Part shown: positions 60,231 to 64,000 of the stretch, piece after piece
Numbering within the stretch: the stretch's first letter is position 1
Layout of the letters: each line of letters opens with the position of its first letter
From: Zootoca vivipara
Lineage: Eukaryota
Direction: 5' to 3'
Length of the DNA stretch: 64,000 nt
NCBI RefSeq assembly: GCF_963506605.1
Contig: NC_083290.1
Coordinates: forward strand, 6,076,001 to 6,140,000
The notes under the pieces: generated by a model
The model's input: the letters and a program-made list of their open reading frames with translations, nothing else
Database searches by the model: none
Told to the model about the DNA's origin: nothing
Made by a program: the position numbers and the translations under genes

Positions 60231-62704
60231 ACACTCCCTAGTATCATGGAGGGGTGGGATCAAAAGCGTGAACACTTCCTTGCAGGCAAGCAGAAAGCTA
60301 GCACAGTAAGGAGAAGTGTTAGTTTTTTTAAAAAAAAATGTAGGGAGGTGTTGTTGTTTTTTTTTACTGGAGGTGAAAACTTACGGGGGGGGGGAGGCAT
60401 CCTTATTCAGCTGAAATGCGAAGTGGCCCACTCCAGTCTGTGTCGACCAAACCTACAATCGGTGGCTGGCAAACAAGCAATGCAAATTATTTAATTTGTT
60501 TTTAAAATTATAAACCGCTAACTGAAAGAACCACGGGGTTGTACAATCAAATAATCAGAACCTCATGAAATTGTAAAATACATCGCCCCTCCACTACAAA
60601 TCTTTGTTGCTGTGCTAGGCAAATCTCTTGTGAGTAAATGAACGTGATCATCAGGAATTGCGATTATGTACATAGATGACACCGATTGTGTGCCTTTCAG
60701 CCGCTTGATAACGCTGGGGAGGCTTCACCTGCTGAGTATCTGCCTGCCATGCAGCCTGTTGTCACAGGTGTAGGATCAGGATGCAGTTCTCCCACCTCAC
60801 CCTGCCTTTTCTTTTTAGTGCCTTTTAATGTGTCATTAGTAACCTTTACAGTATATTAAACTTGGCCATGGCTGAGCAGTCTGATGAATCAGGCAATCTC
60901 GTTTAGCAGGCTACTTGCTCTGATGAAAATGTCATCAGGAAACAGATCCCCGATTTACCTTTTTTTGCAGCAGGAAGTATAAGCGAGGAGCTGTGCAGAG
61001 CTAAGGAGAAACTCTACACCTGTATTTTAAATACAGTTTTCATTCTCAGAGAAACAGCAAAGACCTGTCTCTGACCCAGCCTTTCTGATGAGAATGTTTT
61101 CAGTTAGCCAAACAAATCCTGCTGTCTTTCTTCGCTGAAACTTAACCTCCATAAGAATGCAGGTAATTCTTTCAAAATGTTTTTGCTGCATATTTTCCAG
61201 ATCTTATAGCTTTTATTTGTAGGGCTTTTGACTAGTGGATGAAACCTTCAGAGAGCAGATGTTTTGTCTTGCACTGTGTAGGGTTTGGATGAATTACCCA
61301 TTATTAATGTTTGTGCAGATGTGATTATTTGATAACTGTAATTATATATACCGCCCTTTTCTCCAATGCATTCAAGGCAGCTTACAGTTTTAAATAACGG
61401 CTGCAGTCTGATACATCATGTGATGCTAAAAGGAATGGGGAGGAAAGAAGGAAATGGGCAAACTTTGTTAAAATAGCAGGTGTGGGTGCAGCTGGTACTT
61501 GAATCAGCTAAAGGAGCAAGAGAGAGGGGGGTCTCTCTGCCCCAAGACACTAATGGCATAAGAGGGTGAGAGGGAGGCATCTGCTTCCCAAAACGAACAT
61601 GCTATTTAAATTAGTTATAAGAAGCCAGGAAGGGTATGAGGCAGCTTCCTATGTTTCTGTGATGATGGAAAGTGCAGCCAAGAAACATCTGGAAGGCCAC
61701 ATTCTCATAAACCATTATTTAGCATTACAGTGGAAGCTCACTGGGTGACCTTGGGACCAGTGACTGCCTCTTAGCCTAACCTACCTCACAGGGTTATTGT
61801 AGGGGATTAAATGAAGTGGGAGAGAACTACGTGCGCTAACTTGGGCCCCTTGGAGGAAAAAGGTGGGATATAAATGCAGCAACTAAATAAGAGTGATTTT
61901 TTTTATAAAAAAAAATTCCTGTCTATAAGTACTGGTATGTTACAATTGCAAAGAATGTTATGTCTCTGGAACTAAGTTTTGTTTATGTTCTTCTAAGCTC
62001 TGTTCAGAATTTGATTTATGTTTTTAAGTTCTGTGCTTTGTGTGCTTCTGTGGATAAAATCCACGTTAAAACAAGCAAGGAAAATAAACTAACTAAATAT
62101 CTAACCCTGAAGGCTATGTTCTACTTCCATGCTCAGAAGTGGTATACTTTTGAATACCAGTTGCTGAGGGATCACAAATGGGGAGAGTCCTGTTACAGTC
62201 AGGTCCACCTTGTGGGCTTTCCCAGAGGGACATCATATTGGTCGCTGTGATAACAGGATGTTGGACTAGATGGGCCTTTGGCCTGATCCAGTGACAGTGC
62301 TTTTCTTAGGTTCATAACACACCTTGTCCTGAAAGCTTGCCATCTTCAGGGGAAGGTGAGCAAAGAGCCTCAAAATGGCCAGTCAGTAAGGTTTGCTGGC
62401 TTGCAGCCTTTTATCAAGGAAGATCCTGAGCTGTAATTAAGCTAGCACGTCACCTCCTTGCAGACTTGCAGGGCTGAGAGGCGAGGGTGTGGTGAGCTCT
62501 TGCCTTTTAAACTCCATCTTCAGAGACGCCTTTCCCTGACGAGCTGCAGCTTGTCTCACCCAAAGATGCATATCGCAAAAATGTTTCTAGGGGAAAAATG
62601 AAGGTGGCAGTCGATTGTAGGCCTCAAGAAAAAGAAGAGGAGGAAAGGTGATTAGACAGAATTTGCCGAGATGCATTCACTAGTGGAAGAATACTATGTA
62701 GGAG

Positions 62705-62920
62705 TAAGAACATAAGAAGAGCTCTGCTGGATCAGGCCAGTGACCCACCTAGTCCAGCATCCTGTTCTCATAGTGGTCAACCAGATGCCCCTATGGGAAT
62801 TTAACAAGCAGGACATGAGCATAACAACTCTCCCTACTTGTGATTCCCCAGCAACTGGTATTTAGAGGCATACTGCCTCCCACAGTGGAGTGAGAACATA
62901 GCCGTTGTGGCAAGTAGCCT
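62705..62920 (-). mobile_element. CR1-type LINE 3' fragment
   Basis: taagaacataagaagagctctgctggatcaggccagtgacccacctagtccagcatcctgttctc; an opposite-orientation relative sits at about 62130-62315. Confidence 0.6.
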
Positions 62921-64000
62921 CAATGTGAGTAAGGCCCATTGAGTTCAGCTGGGCTTGCTGCCAAGTAGAGAGTGTATAGCAGGGTGTCTGCCGCACATCT
63001 GGCTACCCCTATTGTAAGGCTGTTGTCATGCTGGAGTTCCTGTGGCTGGCTGTTGGCAGCGAAGCAAACTGCAGTGTGATGACACCCTTACAATTTTATT
63101 ATATAGCAAAAAGGCCCCACACACTTTTACATGTGGTCATTGGAGGGTTGACTGATTCAGTGTGACTCTCGGACCAAAAAGGTGTAGCATTTCAATCTTC
63201 TTGCCCTTATCTCCTCTCTCTTCTACAACTGAAATTGAGAATATAAAATATTTGGGGCCCTCCAGACTAGTGGTGTTGGGTTTGTTTTTTTGCAAAGATA
63301 TTTTGCAACATGTTATTAATGTAATAATAGTGCATTGTTGGTGGATTTATACTGGACTGTCTACACATCATTCAGCTTTATGAGTTGTTGTTCTTTGATG
63401 TTTTCCTGATGTTGCTGCATTATTGCCATCTGAAGTGCCATCTTTCACTAGGGTGCAATAAATCAGCTGGAACATTGGGGGATATAAAAAATTACAGGAT
63501 TTCAGCAGGAAGTTATGGGACACACACTGACTAGAAATGAAGCAATGTGACTGCCCTGAAACTTTCACAGGTGTAGACGGTATTGAAAGCGGGAGTGCAT
63601 ATAATAATAATAATGATAGCATCGTGAGCATAAATTACCATGAATGCTCAATAAGGACACCTGGAGGGGCCCTCGTGTCTTATGATTCCCTCTAAACCTG
63701 AAATTGAGGGTGCTGTGTAAATTTATGTGAATGATTTCACCGCAATAATTTTACTAGTGGCAGTTGCTAAGAATGTTGGCTCTGACTTGTTAAAAAGAAA
63801 CAAAATATTCTCTTCAGGTGTTTGCCTTGCAAGTCCGAATAACAGCTGGTACATGTTGGGATCCTATGGTATGTGGTTCCTAGGCAAGCTCTTTTGATTT
63901 CTTGCAAGCGTGTTTTGCAACTGCTTGTAAAAGTAGCAGTTAAAAAATAATGTGGGCTGCATGTCATCATGCACAGAGAAAGTGACTTCAGCATGGGTTT

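Noticed and set aside
60870-61165. Clustered CTGATGA motifs suggesting a snoRNA or hammerhead
   Set aside because: No matching GAAA with stems and no convincing C/D terminal stem; may only include a non-coding exon (about 61104-61161) that I cannot support
60230-64000. PIGW coding sequence expected by synteny
   Set aside because: No long ORF or PIGW-like peptide is present; the CDS presumably lies beyond the window

Overview
Vertebrate genomic DNA. The repeat content points to a squamate reptile, probably a lacertid-type lizard (inference). The window covers the conserved CA4 - ZNHIT3 - MYO19 - (PIGW) block. In order along the window: (1) the promoter and signal-peptide first exon of a CA4-like gene (- strand, continuing off the window start); (2) an intact, very young Ty3/Gypsy LTR retrotransposon (3856-8816; 376-bp LTRs differing at one base, TTAAT TSD, tRNA-Ser PBS, single 1356-aa gag-pol ORF); (3) an intronless 321-aa orphan class A GPCR of the EDG/cannabinoid/GPR3-6-12-like group (22819-23784); (4) ZNHIT3 (+, 5 coding exons, 159 aa); (5) MYO19 (-, 24 coding exons, about 974 aa), convergent with ZNHIT3; (6) a CpG-island promoter near 59.3-60.2 kb, likely shared with PIGW, whose CDS is not in the window. 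Introns and intergenic DNA are dense with tRNA-derived SINEs, CR1/L2/RTE fragments and hAT/Tc-mariner MITEs. ZNHIT3 intron 1 holds a Penelope-like insertion carrying a minimal hammerhead ribozyme motif. Most ORFs in the supplied track are spurious or are partial exons. All exon boundaries were read by eye and family assignments come from recalled motifs, not database searches.
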